A stretch of 32,000 nt of DNA from assembly GCF_000270205.1 (NCBI RefSeq), contig NC_015913.1, forward strand, positions 150,001-182,000. The letters run 5' to 3'. Below the pieces are notes generated by a model, which searched no databases, was not told the origin of the DNA, and saw only the letters and a list, made by a program, of their open reading frames with translations. This document shows, piece after piece, positions 6,993 through 16,777 of the stretch; within the stretch, counting starts at the first letter, position 1; the number at the start of each line of letters is the position of its first letter. Source of the stretch: Candidatus Arthromitus sp. SFB-mouse-Japan. GTDB taxonomy: Bacteria; Bacillota; Clostridia; Clostridiales; Clostridiaceae. Both the position numbers and the translations under genes were made by a program.

Positions 6993-7375
6993 AATTGCTT
7001 ACATTATATAAAATATTATAAATTTTTACAGGTTATTGTGGGTATTTATAAGTGCTTTAGTGCCGTTTATATTTTGAATTTTACTATATTGTAAGTATCC
7101 ATGAACTATGATAGATATTTATAAATTTTTACGTTTTGTCAAACATATCATGTAGAAACTATTGTTAGATTTACTTTATGACCTATACGGGGAATATATT
7201 AATATATTTTTATAGAATTTTTGATGAGGGATCTTCCCCCTTATTTTTATATTTAAAGATGAAATGTATTTTAATACAATATTTTCTATTTGTAAAAAAA
7301 TTTATTTAAGGTAATAATAAGATAAGGTTAATAATTTGTTTAGGTTAATAATTTTGAAAGGTAGAAGTATGGAAT

Positions 7376-8908
7376 ATGGATAGAAAAAATTGTGATGATA
7401 TGAATATAAACGTAGAAGATTACAGTACTGATAAATTATTAGATTTTTTAAATGAGAGCGATACATATTTTATAAAAGATGATAAAAGTGGAATTATTGG
7501 AAATAAAAAGACAGGTGTTATGATAGATAAGAGGACTGGTCAGAAAATTTTTGATAGTAAAAATAGGGATAGTTTAGAAATTAAAAATTATTTAGGTAAT
7601 ATAAAATATGATTTTTTAGATTGTAAGAGTTCTATTAAAAGCCTTAATACTTCTGATTTAAAAATTTTTGAAGATAATTCTAATAATAGTTCAAATAATA
7701 GTGAAAAAGAGAATGATATAAGCAATTTAAATCCATTTGAAAATAATTTAAAGAATTCTAATTTGAGCAGAGATAATTTGAGAAGATTGTTGTTAAATAG
7801 GGCAAGAAAGGTGAGTAAAAAACCTAGTAATATTGAAATTGAAAGTAGTTTAAATAAGAACAAGAATTTAAATTTAAGTGAAAGCAAGGATATTTCTAAT
7901 GAAAATTTATCTGATAATAGTAAGAAATTAACTGAAGATAAGGAAGAAATAATTGATAAAAATATAAGTTTAGAAATAAACAAGAAAGAAGATGAATTAA
8001 TAAGTGATAATATTGGAAGTGATGAAGAACTATTAAAAAAGATTAATTCTAAATTTAACAATGTAGAAAATGAGATTTCGGATATTAAAATTGAAGATTC
8101 GCATTTAAATGATTATAATTTTTATTCTTTTGAAGAATTTGAAAATTTAAATTCAGATATGGAGAGCTCTAAAAATGCTGCTATAGAAGTTAAGAGTGAA
8201 AAGAAAAAGATTAATGAATTAGATAAATTTAAGACAATTATGGATTTTGAAGATTATTTACTGATTATGAAAAGCGATGAAGAAATTCTCAAATCTCCAT
8301 TTTCAGATGAAAAAATTGAAGTTCCTAAGGTGGTTGTTAAGGAAGATGAAGAGGGTGATTCCTTTAATCCATTTGATACTTTATTTGAGGTTGAAGAGAT
8401 TGAGAATCATGATGTTAACAATGAAAATGCAATTGAAGAAGGAATGCTTCCAGAATTTAATTTAAATCAAACTATGAGTAAGAAGGTAAGTATAAGGGAA
8501 GTAATCAAAAATAAGCAGAAAAAGAAACAGGATAAGAAAGAGATGCAAGAGAAATTATTCTTTGAGACATTAGACGAGAGGATAGAACAGTTTAAGAATT
8601 TTAAAGAGAATAGTATAGATTCACAAGGTGTATTAAATGCTATTAATATGGATTTAAATAAGATAAATTCTTCGATCAAGGTTGAGTTTAATAATTTAAA
8701 TAAACGAAGGAATGTAAGATCAAAGGATGGATCATATAAGAAAACATTGAATTCTAAAGATGATAAATTTTCCCTTCAAAATTTACTCGAAGAGATTTAT
8801 GAGGAAAAAGGGGAAGAAGCAAAGGGACTTGATACAAATGAATTAGATATAGATGCTATAAAGAAAGATTTATCTAATAATGAAAATACAAAACAAATAG
8901 TAAATTAA
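7376..8908 (+). CDS. Hypothetical low-complexity K/E/N/D/S-rich protein (510 aa)
   Basis: A 1.5-kb open frame in a very AT-rich (stop-codon-rich) context. No recognisable domain, signal peptide or TM helix. The SD is weak. Confidence 0.6.
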   Translation: MDRKNCDDMNINVEDYSTDKLLDFLNESDTYFIKDDKSGIIGNKKTGVMIDKRTGQKIFDSKNRDSLEIKNYLGNIKYDFLDCKSSIKSLNTSDLKIFEDNSNNSSNNSEKENDISNLNPFENNLKNSNLSRDNLRRLLLNRARKVSKKPSNIEIESSLNKNKNLNLSESKDISNENLSDNSKKLTEDKEEIIDKNISLEINKKEDELISDNIGSDEELLKKINSKFNNVENEISDIKIEDSHLNDYNFYSFEEFENLNSDMESSKNAAIEVKSEKKKINELDKFKTIMDFEDYLLIMKSDEEILKSPFSDEKIEVPKVVVKEDEEGDSFNPFDTLFEVEEIENHDVNNENAIEEGMLPEFNLNQTMSKKVSIREVIKNKQKKKQDKKEMQEKLFFETLDERIEQFKNFKENSIDSQGVLNAINMDLNKINSSIKVEFNNLNKRRNVRSKDGSYKKTLNSKDDKFSLQNLLEEIYEEKGEEAKGLDTNELDIDAIKKDLSNNENTKQIVN

Positions 8909-8977
8909 AAATTGGGTTTAAATTTGTATAAATATTTACTATAATAGTTTTAATGCTAAAAATGAGAGGACCAGTTT

Positions 8978-9670
8978 ATGGGAAAGTATAAAGATGATCA
9001 AGAAAACATTTTTGATAAAAATGAATTCTATAAAGAAGATGATGAGGAAGATTTGTCTGATGAGTATGCGTATCTTTTAGAAGATGAGGATAGCCTTGAG
9101 AGTGATGATAAACCTCTACCCAAGAGATCGGAAAATAGAAAGCATAGGGGTAGGTTTTTATCTACGATTTTAGAATGGGGTATAACGATAGTTGCAGCTT
9201 TGTTAATATCTTTTCTAATAAATAAATTTTTAATATTCAAGGTATATATACCTTCAGAGTCTATGTTTCCAACTCTTAAGGTTGGAGATCAGCTTTTTGT
9301 AACTAAAATGTATAGTGCAGATTCTATACAAAGAGGAGATGTACTTGTATTTTATTCGGAAGAATTCAATGAATTACTTATAAAGAGAGTTATAGGGCTT
9401 CCAGGGGATGATATAGTTGTTAAGGCATCGGGAGAGGTGCTTGTGAATGGTGAGGTACTTAAAGAGGATTATGTTTTTCAAAAAGATGAAACTGCCATAT
9501 TTGATTTGAATTTTAAAGTTCCTGAGAATGAATATTTCTTCCTTGGAGATAATAGAGCGAATTCTCTAGATAGTAGATATTGGAGTGATCCTTATATAAG
9601 CTTTGATGATATAAGGGGAGAGGCAAGAATTATTGTTTATCCATTTAATAGGATTAAGTTATTAAAATAA
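8978..9670 (+). CDS. lepB: Signal peptidase I (S26 family) with long acidic N-terminal extension
   Basis: Contains the Ser box SESMFPTL, Lys box LIKRVIGLPGD and box E GDNRANSLDSRYW. A single TM helix (ILEWGITIVAALLISFLI) follows ~60 acidic residues. SD GAGAGGA. Confidence 0.9.
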   Translation: MGKYKDDQENIFDKNEFYKEDDEEDLSDEYAYLLEDEDSLESDDKPLPKRSENRKHRGRFLSTILEWGITIVAALLISFLINKFLIFKVYIPSESMFPTLKVGDQLFVTKMYSADSIQRGDVLVFYSEEFNELLIKRVIGLPGDDIVVKASGEVLVNGEVLKEDYVFQKDETAIFDLNFKVPENEYFFLGDNRANSLDSRYWSDPYISFDDIRGEARIIVYPFNRIKLLK

Positions 9671-9675
9671 TGTTT

Positions 9676-9737
9676 AGTCGTTCTTTTAAAATATACCGTT
9701 AGAAGGTATAATTGAAAGAGCGACTTTATTTTTTTAA
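9676..9737 (+). terminator. Intrinsic terminator after lepB
   Basis: AGTCGTTCTTT (9676-9686) pairs with AAAGAGCGACT (9715-9725) with one G-U. An inner TATACC/GGTATA stem is present, followed by TTATTTTTTT. Confidence 0.5.
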
Positions 9738-9752
9738 GAAGGATAATGGGGT

Positions 9753-11840
9753 ATGGATGTAAAATTAAATTATAAAATTGAAAAGGAATATTTAGATAAT
9801 GTGCTTGTTTATTTAAATGACAAATTGGCTGAGTATATAGAAAATAGACGAGATATTTCTGATTCTATCGTTGAGTATCGGAAGAAATTTATAGAAGAAT
9901 ATAGAGATGATGATGATAAAATAATAGATTATTTTGATCATGAAAATTATAAGAATGAACAAATTTTTATGGTAGTTGAAAGAAAAATTAAAGAGATTCT
10001 TTATTTAAAAAAAACCCCTTATTTTGGAAAGATTGTTATAAGCGAGGATGGTAAGGAAGAGAAATTCTATATAGGATCATATGGGTTTGATGTTGGACTT
10101 GAAGTTCCTCTCATAATCGATTGGAGAGCACCTATAGCTTCCTTATTTTATCAGGGTAAAATTGGAAGTCTTAGTTATACAATACCATCTGGTGAAGATA
10201 TTTGTGTTTCTTTAAATGAGAGAATACAATTTTTGATTAGAGATGGGAAAATAATTTCCATGTTTGATTCAGAGATAGATGTTAAAGATGAGTTTTTAAA
10301 GGAGATGTTATCTTTAAAATCTTCAAATAAATTAAAAACTATCGTTCAAACTATTCAGATCAATCAGGATAAGATAATAAGGGAAGATAGGAGAAAATCA
10401 ATTATAATAAATGGAGTGGCAGGAAGTGGAAAGACATCTATAGCACTCCATAGAATAGCGTATTTACTTTATAATTTTAGAAATTATTTTAAAGATAGGG
10501 TTCTTATATTATGTCCAAATAAGATTTTTATGGAATATATATCATCTGTTCTTCCATCTCTTGGAGAATACGGAGGAGTACATAGTTATACCAGTGAGGA
10601 TTTTATTTATTTGAGTACGGGGGGAGATTTAAATTTTAATTCTTATGAATTACATATGGAGAAGATACTTAATGATAAAGAATATTTAGATGAATTTAAA
10701 TTTAAGGGTAGTTCCAAGGTAAAATGTGAACTGGATAAGTTTATTTTAGATGTTGAGGAAAATATAAATCTTGGAGGAGATATTTATTTTAGAGAGGAAC
10801 TTATTATAGATTATGAGGAATTAAATAGATTATTTTACAAATCATTTAAGAGTCGTGCTATAAGTGTTAGAATAGATTTAATAAGAAAGAGAATATTTGA
10901 TAGAATAAATAAAGTTAGAAATAGTTTTGTTTTTAAAATCAAAAATAAGTATGAGAGCATGAAGGTACATCCTGATATGGAGAATTACTATGATATGTTG
11001 ATGAAAAATGAAATATATGACGTAGTAAGAGAGAGCAGTGATTTAAAATCATCGCTACATTATTTAAAATTAGAGTCATCTTATGAATTATATAGGGAAT
11101 TTTATGAAGATTATTTTTCAAAAGATCTAGGCGATTTAGATTTTGGAGATTTAGTATTAATAAAGTATATTGATATTAAGTTTTATAAGCCTAAAAAAGA
11201 TCGGGAATATAAGCTTGTTGTTATAGATGAGGGGCAAGATTTTTCTTATATGTTTTATGAAGTTATAAAACTGTGTACAGAGGCGTCTTCTTATTTAGTA
11301 GTTGGTGATTTAAATCAAAGTATTATAAAATTTGAAGAAAATTTTATTTATAGCACACGTGTACTTGAAAATAAAGAAGATTTTACAATACTTGATTCGT
11401 ATAGATCAACTAAAAATATAATTGATTATTCTTTGAAATATATAGATAATGATATTTGTGTTAACTCTATAAGAAATGGTGAAGATGTTTTATATTATGA
11501 ATGTGATTATGATGATTTGAGAAGATTATTAATTGAATCCATAAATAATTTAAGATTACAAGATGAGACAAATATAGGAATAATTGTTTTAAACCAAAGT
11601 ATGATAGATAAGGTATACAATATGATAAGATCCAATTTTTATATTAAAGTAATTAATAATGAGGATCACGTTTATAGTGATAATGGAATATTTTTAATGA
11701 CAGTATACTTATCAAAGGGACTTGAATTTGATTCTGTTTTGGTTATTGATTCTGGATTTGAAGATAATATTTTATATATAATGTTAACTAGAGCTATGCA
11801 TAAAGCAATTCATATAAAAATAAAAAATGTAATACCTTAA
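9753..11840 (+). CDS. helD: HelD-type (helicase IV-like) UvrD/Rep superfamily 1 helicase
   Basis: Walker A GVAGSGKTS, Walker B VVIDEGQDF, and the motifs SYRSTKNI and YLSKGLEFDSVLV. The N-terminal TPYFGKIVISEDG..FYIGSYGF..LIIDWRAPIASLFYQG is typical of HelD. Confidence 0.8.
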   Translation: MDVKLNYKIEKEYLDNVLVYLNDKLAEYIENRRDISDSIVEYRKKFIEEYRDDDDKIIDYFDHENYKNEQIFMVVERKIKEILYLKKTPYFGKIVISEDGKEEKFYIGSYGFDVGLEVPLIIDWRAPIASLFYQGKIGSLSYTIPSGEDICVSLNERIQFLIRDGKIISMFDSEIDVKDEFLKEMLSLKSSNKLKTIVQTIQINQDKIIREDRRKSIIINGVAGSGKTSIALHRIAYLLYNFRNYFKDRVLILCPNKIFMEYISSVLPSLGEYGGVHSYTSEDFIYLSTGGDLNFNSYELHMEKILNDKEYLDEFKFKGSSKVKCELDKFILDVEENINLGGDIYFREELIIDYEELNRLFYKSFKSRAISVRIDLIRKRIFDRINKVRNSFVFKIKNKYESMKVHPDMENYYDMLMKNEIYDVVRESSDLKSSLHYLKLESSYELYREFYEDYFSKDLGDLDFGDLVLIKYIDIKFYKPKKDREYKLVVIDEGQDFSYMFYEVIKLCTEASSYLVVGDLNQSIIKFEENFIYSTRVLENKEDFTILDSYRSTKNIIDYSLKYIDNDICVNSIRNGEDVLYYECDYDDLRRLLIESINNLRLQDETNIGIIVLNQSMIDKVYNMIRSNFYIKVINNEDHVYSDNGIFLMTVYLSKGLEFDSVLVIDSGFEDNILYIMLTRAMHKAIHIKIKNVIP

Positions 11841-11855
11841 AGTATTACATTTTTT
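11822..11855. terminator. Bidirectional terminator embedded in the 3' ends of two convergent, overlapping genes
   Basis: AAAAAATGTAATAC (11822-11835) pairs with GTATTACATTTTTT (11842-11855), giving a 14-bp stem with 6-nt loop CTTAAA. The loop holds both stop codons (TAA 11838-11840 on +, TAA complement at 11837-11839 on -). Confidence 0.55.
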
Positions 11856-12823
11856 ATTGTATTATCTATTAAATTAATGAACTTATCTTTAATAATACAG
11901 TCTTCAAAATATTTATTTAATATTAAATGCTTATTTTTCAATTCTGTACATATTAAATTAAATTCTTTAAGATAGTTGTTAAGCTCTTTTTTCATAATTG
12001 ATAGTTCTTTATTTTCAAAATCTATGAGAAATTCTTTATCATATATTTGTATTCCTGGAATTTTATCATTAAACAATATATTATTTGAGATTATGCAAAG
12101 GTTTAAAGTTGGAATTCTTATATGATCTATTGATTTATTTATAGAATTTTTATAGATTTCATAATACAAATTTAAATTAATTGATTCATTTAATATTTCG
12201 TTTATTAAAATATCTTTAAATATAGAAAAATAATCATTTAGTATAAATAGTTTGTTTTCATAGGAATGTAATTGACTTGAAAACGATTTAAAACCATTTA
12301 TTCCAACAGATGAGATTAAAAACTCTGAGTTATTAAGATTATCTTTATGGGGAATATCGTTAAATATATTATTTAACAAATTATCTTTAAAATTGTATAG
12401 TTTATTTGTGTTTAGGTATTTTGAGAGTTCTTTAGATATTAATTTAAATAGGGTATATATTTTATTTATCCATTCTTTTAGATTATGTGATAGAACATAT
12501 TCTATATCTTCTTTTATTTTTATTATGCAATCATTTTTTTTATAGTTAACAAATGAATCTAGTTCTATTAAATGAGTGTCTTTACTAAGATCATTCGAAG
12601 TATTTATCGAGATATTTAAATCAGGAAGAATAATTTTGCAGATATGATCATTTATGAATTTGTCATATAGATATAATTGAGTTGTTTTAATATTGTATAA
12701 TCTATTAGAAATTATATTTAGAGACTTATTACTGATGTAGTTGTTTTGTGATTTTAAATATATATTTTTTTCATAATTGCTGTTTAATTCATTTAAAAAT
12801 AATCTTTTTAGATAGAATGTCAA
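11837..12823 (-). CDS. Hypothetical N/I/K-rich protein (328 aa)
   Basis: Long ORF with a TTG start 8 nt after SD AAAGGAG. No recognisable motif. Confidence 0.5.
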   Translation of the reverse strand: MTFYLKRLFLNELNSNYEKNIYLKSQNNYISNKSLNIISNRLYNIKTTQLYLYDKFINDHICKIILPDLNISINTSNDLSKDTHLIELDSFVNYKKNDCIIKIKEDIEYVLSHNLKEWINKIYTLFKLISKELSKYLNTNKLYNFKDNLLNNIFNDIPHKDNLNNSEFLISSVGINGFKSFSSQLHSYENKLFILNDYFSIFKDILINEILNESINLNLYYEIYKNSINKSIDHIRIPTLNLCIISNNILFNDKIPGIQIYDKEFLIDFENKELSIMKKELNNYLKEFNLICTELKNKHLILNKYFEDCIIKDKFINLIDNTIKNVIL

Positions 12824-12867
12824 GATAAATGCTCCTTTTAAAATTACTTATAATATTATAATAGTAA

Positions 12868-12897
12868 ATAAAAAAAATAAGGTGTTTTAAACACCTT
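12868..12897 (-). terminator. Intrinsic terminator of the CDF transporter gene
   Basis: AAGGTGTTT / AAACACCTT hairpin (12879-12897) overlaps the stop codon. On the minus strand it is followed by a U-run (plus-strand A8 at 12870-12878). Confidence 0.5.
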
Positions 12898-14068
12898 AAT
12901 TAAATGTATTATTTTTAAATATTTTGCAATCGAAGTTGTTATATTTACTTAGGACAATTTTTGTACATTCATCTATGATATCAAAGTTTATTTTATCGTA
13001 AAATTCTTTTTTTAGTTTAATCTCAAAGAAAATAGTATTCTTTCCGTTTTTATTTACTACTCTAAAATCTATAATATCGCTTATTTCATTTATATTTTCC
13101 TTAATAAGTGACCTAATTGTATTATATATTTCGAGTGATTCTTTATTATGAATGTCTATCGGATCTATATGTATAACCAGATGTATCATCATAGTATTTT
13201 CAATATCTTTTTCTATTCTATCTATTAGTGAGTGTACATCTATTAAATTTAAGTTGGAGGGTACTTCTACATGTATAGATGCAAGAGTTTTGTTTGGGCC
13301 ATAATTATGAACGACAAGATCATGTAGCCCCAAAATGTTTTTATAGCTCAATATTTTCTCTTTCAATTCTTTAACTATCTCATCACTAGGAGCTTCTCCA
13401 AGAAGAGAACTCATAGTCTCTTTTATAAGTCCAATTCCAGAATAAATTATAAATAAGGATATAATAACTCCCGCATATCCATCTAATGATATTTTTATAA
13501 AATTTGATAATAAAAGTGACGCACTTAAAATCGTAGTTGTTAAGGCATCGTAAAATGCATCAACTGAAGTTGCCTTAAGAGATTTTGAGTTTATTTTTTT
13601 AGATACTTTAAGGTTTATTATACCAATCCATATTTTTATAAAAATGGATATTATTAGGATTACAAATAGAATTATGCTAAAATTTGTATTTTCTTTGCTC
13701 ATTATCTTTTCTATGGATGATTTGATGAAACTAATTCCAATGAATATTATGAGGAATGAAACTATAAGAGATGCTATGTATTCATATCTACCGTGGCCTT
13801 GAGGATGTTCTTTATCAGCTGGTTTCATAGAAAATTTAAATGCTATTAGGTTTATTATGGATGATGCAGAATCAGATAGGTTGTTAAATGCGTCAGCTGT
13901 TATTGAAATACTTTTTAATACTACTCCTATGAACACTTTTATTAAAAATAAAATTAAATTTAAAACTATGCTTATATAACTGCACAAAAGACCATAAGAG
14001 GAGCGGACTTTTGGATCCTTAACATTTTGATGATTTCTTATAAATTTTTTGGATAAGAAGTTTAACAT
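12896..14068 (-). CDS. Cation diffusion facilitator (CDF) family divalent-metal efflux transporter
   Basis: Six predicted TM helices followed by a cytoplasmic domain, with CDF-type motifs (ITADAFNNLSDS, HPQGHGRYEY). ATG 14068 (SD AGGAAGG 7 nt upstream) is preferred over the track's 14110. Confidence 0.85.
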   Translation of the reverse strand: MLNFLSKKFIRNHQNVKDPKVRSSYGLLCSYISIVLNLILFLIKVFIGVVLKSISITADAFNNLSDSASSIINLIAFKFSMKPADKEHPQGHGRYEYIASLIVSFLIIFIGISFIKSSIEKIMSKENTNFSIILFVILIISIFIKIWIGIINLKVSKKINSKSLKATSVDAFYDALTTTILSASLLLSNFIKISLDGYAGVIISLFIIYSGIGLIKETMSSLLGEAPSDEIVKELKEKILSYKNILGLHDLVVHNYGPNKTLASIHVEVPSNLNLIDVHSLIDRIEKDIENTMMIHLVIHIDPIDIHNKESLEIYNTIRSLIKENINEISDIIDFRVVNKNGKNTIFFEIKLKKEFYDKINFDIIDECTKIVLSKYNNFDCKIFKNNTFN

Positions 14069-14215
14069 ATTAGACCTTCCTAAAATTTTATTTGTATTAA
14101 AGTATAACATTATATAGTTGATGTTTAAACAAAAAATTATTGACTAATATTGTTAGAAACATATAACATTAAATTAAAAATATTTCAGAAGATGTTATTT
14201 TAAGGAGTGTATTGT

Positions 14216-15415
14216 GTGTCTATAGTTGTACAAAAGTATGGAGGAAGTTCCGTAAGTACGATTGATAAAATTAAAAATATAGCAGAGAGTATAATAAGAC
14301 GTGTAGAACAGGGAAATAAGGTTGTTGCTGTTGTTTCTGCTATGGGAGATACTACAGATAATTTACTTTCTATGGCAAAAGAGGTTTGTGATAATCCGAA
14401 TAAAAGAGAGCTGGATTCATTACTTTCAACTGGTGAGGTAGTTTCTAGTTCTCTTTTAAGTATGGCTATAAATTCTTTTGGATATGATGCTATAAGTTTG
14501 AATTCATTTCAAATACAATTGAAGACCTTAGGGGTTCATGGTAAGTCATTAATTGAAGATATTAATCATGAAAAGATACTTGAATATTTAAATCAAGGTA
14601 AGATAGTTATTATAGCAGGGTTTCAAGGTATAAATGACAAAGGAGATGTAACAACTCTTGGACGTGGTGGATCAGATACTACTGCTGTGGCACTTGCTGT
14701 GAAATTAAAATGTGATTGTGAAATTTATACAGATGTTGATGGAATATATAGTGTTGATCCGAGGAATTATAAAGATGCAAAGAAAATTCCAGAGATAGAT
14801 TATGAAGAGATTTTAGAATTGTCTAGCCTTGGAGCTCAGGTAATGCATTCAAGAAGTATTGAACTTGCACAAAAGTATAAAATTAAGATTTATGTAGGAA
14901 AAAGTTTGGGAGATATGAATGGAACTTATATAATGGAGGTTAAAAATATAGATATGGAAAGTAAGCCTATAATAGGAATTGCAACAAGTGATGAAGATAT
15001 TGCATTGAGTATAAAGAATATGAAAAATGATATTAATTTGATTTCATCTATTTTTAATGATGTTGGCAAGAAAAATATAAATGTTGATATGATAAGCCAA
15101 ACAACTCCAATCAATTCTAGTATAAATTTATCATTTACAATTCCTCTTGAGGATTTATTTGAATGTAAGGAAGTTTTAAGTAAGTATGTATTAGAAGATG
15201 ATATAACTATAGATGAGAGTATTTGTAAATTTTCTGTTGTTGGTATTGGCATGAGATCAACATCTGGTGTTGCGGCAAAGTTGTTTAAAATATTTAGTGA
15301 AAACGACATAGAAATAAAAATGATAACGACGTCAGAAATCAGAATAACATGTGCAATAAACAAGAAGGATAAACTTAAAGCAATCGATTTTGTGGCGAAA
15401 GAGTTTAATTTATGA
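14216..15415 (+). CDS. lysC: Aspartate kinase
   Basis: IVVQKYGGSSV, VVSAMGDTTD, GRGGSDTTA and C-terminal ACT-type repeats. GTG 14216 (8 nt after SD AGGAG) is preferred over GTG 14207, which abuts the SD. Confidence 0.9.
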   Translation: MSIVVQKYGGSSVSTIDKIKNIAESIIRRVEQGNKVVAVVSAMGDTTDNLLSMAKEVCDNPNKRELDSLLSTGEVVSSSLLSMAINSFGYDAISLNSFQIQLKTLGVHGKSLIEDINHEKILEYLNQGKIVIIAGFQGINDKGDVTTLGRGGSDTTAVALAVKLKCDCEIYTDVDGIYSVDPRNYKDAKKIPEIDYEEILELSSLGAQVMHSRSIELAQKYKIKIYVGKSLGDMNGTYIMEVKNIDMESKPIIGIATSDEDIALSIKNMKNDINLISSIFNDVGKKNINVDMISQTTPINSSINLSFTIPLEDLFECKEVLSKYVLEDDITIDESICKFSVVGIGMRSTSGVAAKLFKIFSENDIEIKMITTSEIRITCAINKKDKLKAIDFVAKEFNL

Positions 15416-15429
15416 GGTTGGTGTAATAA

Positions 15430-16710
15430 GTGAAGTTACATGGTTCTTTAAATATAGTAGAAAATGATTTATGTATTGGAGACATAAGAATTTCTGATAT
15501 AGCAAATGAGTTTGGAACTCCTTGTTATATAATGGATGAAAATTTGATTCGAGAGAATATAAGTAGATTTAAAAAATCTATGGGAGAAAATAATGTAGTT
15601 GTTTATGCAGGAAAAACTTTTTTAAACACTCATATGGTTAACATATTGAAAGATGAGAAAATAGGTTTAGATGTTGTATCTGAGGGTGAACTTTACATAG
15701 CATTTAAGTGTGGTTTTGATATGAAAAGTGTTATTTTTCATGGTAATAATAAGAGTGATAATGAAATTAGGATGGGAATTGATTTTGGAGTTGGAAGATT
15801 TGTTTGTGATTCGGTACAGGAGCTTATAAGAATTTGTACTATCTCGAGGGAGCTAAATAAAAAAAGTAAGGTATTTTTGAGGATAAATCCGGGGATAGAT
15901 GCACACACACATGAGTATATAAAGACAGCTTGTATAGATTCAAAATTTGGTATATATAAGGATAAATATATGATATCAGACTTATTAAACGAGTATAAAG
16001 ATAATGAAAATTTAGAGATAGTTGGGTTTCATTGTCATATAGGATCTCAGATATTTTCAAAGGATGCATATATAAATGAAGTGGATGAAATATTTGGTTT
16101 AATGAACGAAGTTAAGGAATATGGATTTGAATTAAAAGAGGTAAATTTAGGTGGAGGATTTGGTATTTATTATACAAAAGATGATTCACCTATGGATATC
16201 GAAGATAATATAAAAATTATTTTAGATAGGGTTCATTATAATTCTAATAAGTTTAGCTTAAGTTTACCAAAGGTTTATATAGAACCAGGTAGAAGCATAG
16301 TTGGAAACGCTGGAACGACAATATATAAAGTTGGAGTTATAAAGGAGATTGAAAAAATAAGAAATTATGTATCGGTAGATGGAGGAATGGCAGATAATAT
16401 AAGGACAGCTCTATATAATGCGGATTATGAGTGCATTATTGCAAATAAGGCTTCAGAGAGTAGAAATTATAGAGCGAGAATAAGTGGTAAATGCTGTGAA
16501 TCCGGAGATATTTTAATAAAGGATACTCTTATACAAACTCCTGATAGCGGAGATATTTTAGCTATTTTTTCAACTGGTGCGTATTGTCATTCCATGAGTA
16601 GTAATTATAATAAGATAACCAGAGCACCTATTATATTTTTTCATAATAATAAAGTTGTGCTCAAAACTAGAAGAGAAAGTTTAGATGATTTAACTAGATT
16701 GGATGTTTAA
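15430..16710 (+). CDS. lysA: Diaminopimelate decarboxylase
   Basis: GTG start 14 nt after lysC. Contains the PLP-Lys motif YAGKTF plus HCHIGSQ, GGGFGI, EPGRSIVG and CESGD. Confidence 0.9.
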   Translation: MKLHGSLNIVENDLCIGDIRISDIANEFGTPCYIMDENLIRENISRFKKSMGENNVVVYAGKTFLNTHMVNILKDEKIGLDVVSEGELYIAFKCGFDMKSVIFHGNNKSDNEIRMGIDFGVGRFVCDSVQELIRICTISRELNKKSKVFLRINPGIDAHTHEYIKTACIDSKFGIYKDKYMISDLLNEYKDNENLEIVGFHCHIGSQIFSKDAYINEVDEIFGLMNEVKEYGFELKEVNLGGGFGIYYTKDDSPMDIEDNIKIILDRVHYNSNKFSLSLPKVYIEPGRSIVGNAGTTIYKVGVIKEIEKIRNYVSVDGGMADNIRTALYNADYECIIANKASESRNYRARISGKCCESGDILIKDTLIQTPDSGDILAIFSTGAYCHSMSSNYNKITRAPIIFFHNNKVVLKTRRESLDDLTRLDV

Positions 16711-16777
16711 ATGAATAATTTTGCTATATATCCAAATAATAAAATAAGGTTGTAAAATTATCTTTTAAGGAGAAAAA

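Noticed and set aside
6956-7375. tRNA gene or identifiable att core at the prophage end
   Set aside because: No cloverleaf-compatible G+C-rich segment was seen. Without the left end of the element, a direct repeat cannot be defined.
7588-8061. 157-aa antisense ORF, plus the alternative-frame ORFs 8277..8465 and 8467..8679, all inside the 510-aa low-complexity gene
   Set aside because: A purine-rich, low-complexity sense strand automatically gives open L/S/F-rich frames on the other strand. There is no independent start signal.
9753-12823. UvrD-like helicase plus adjacent unknown gene as an anti-phage defence pair
   Set aside because: The helicase has the HelD-specific N-terminal region (a housekeeping RNAP-associated factor). 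The neighbour is convergent, not co-transcribed, and featureless.
14111-14215. Lysine (L-box) riboswitch upstream of aspartokinase-lysA
   Set aside because: The leader is only ~100 nt and almost pure A/T. It cannot hold the ~180-nt five-helix L-box. It looks like a plain promoter (TTGACT, ~16-17 nt, TATAAC) plus SD.
14926-15363. 145-aa antisense ORF inside aspartokinase (similar cases: 10939..11121, 15839..16069, 23108..23374, 24325..24618, 27998..28264, 31133..31330, 9028..9240)
   Set aside because: Each overlaps a gene with strong motif support on the opposite strand, so these are spurious.
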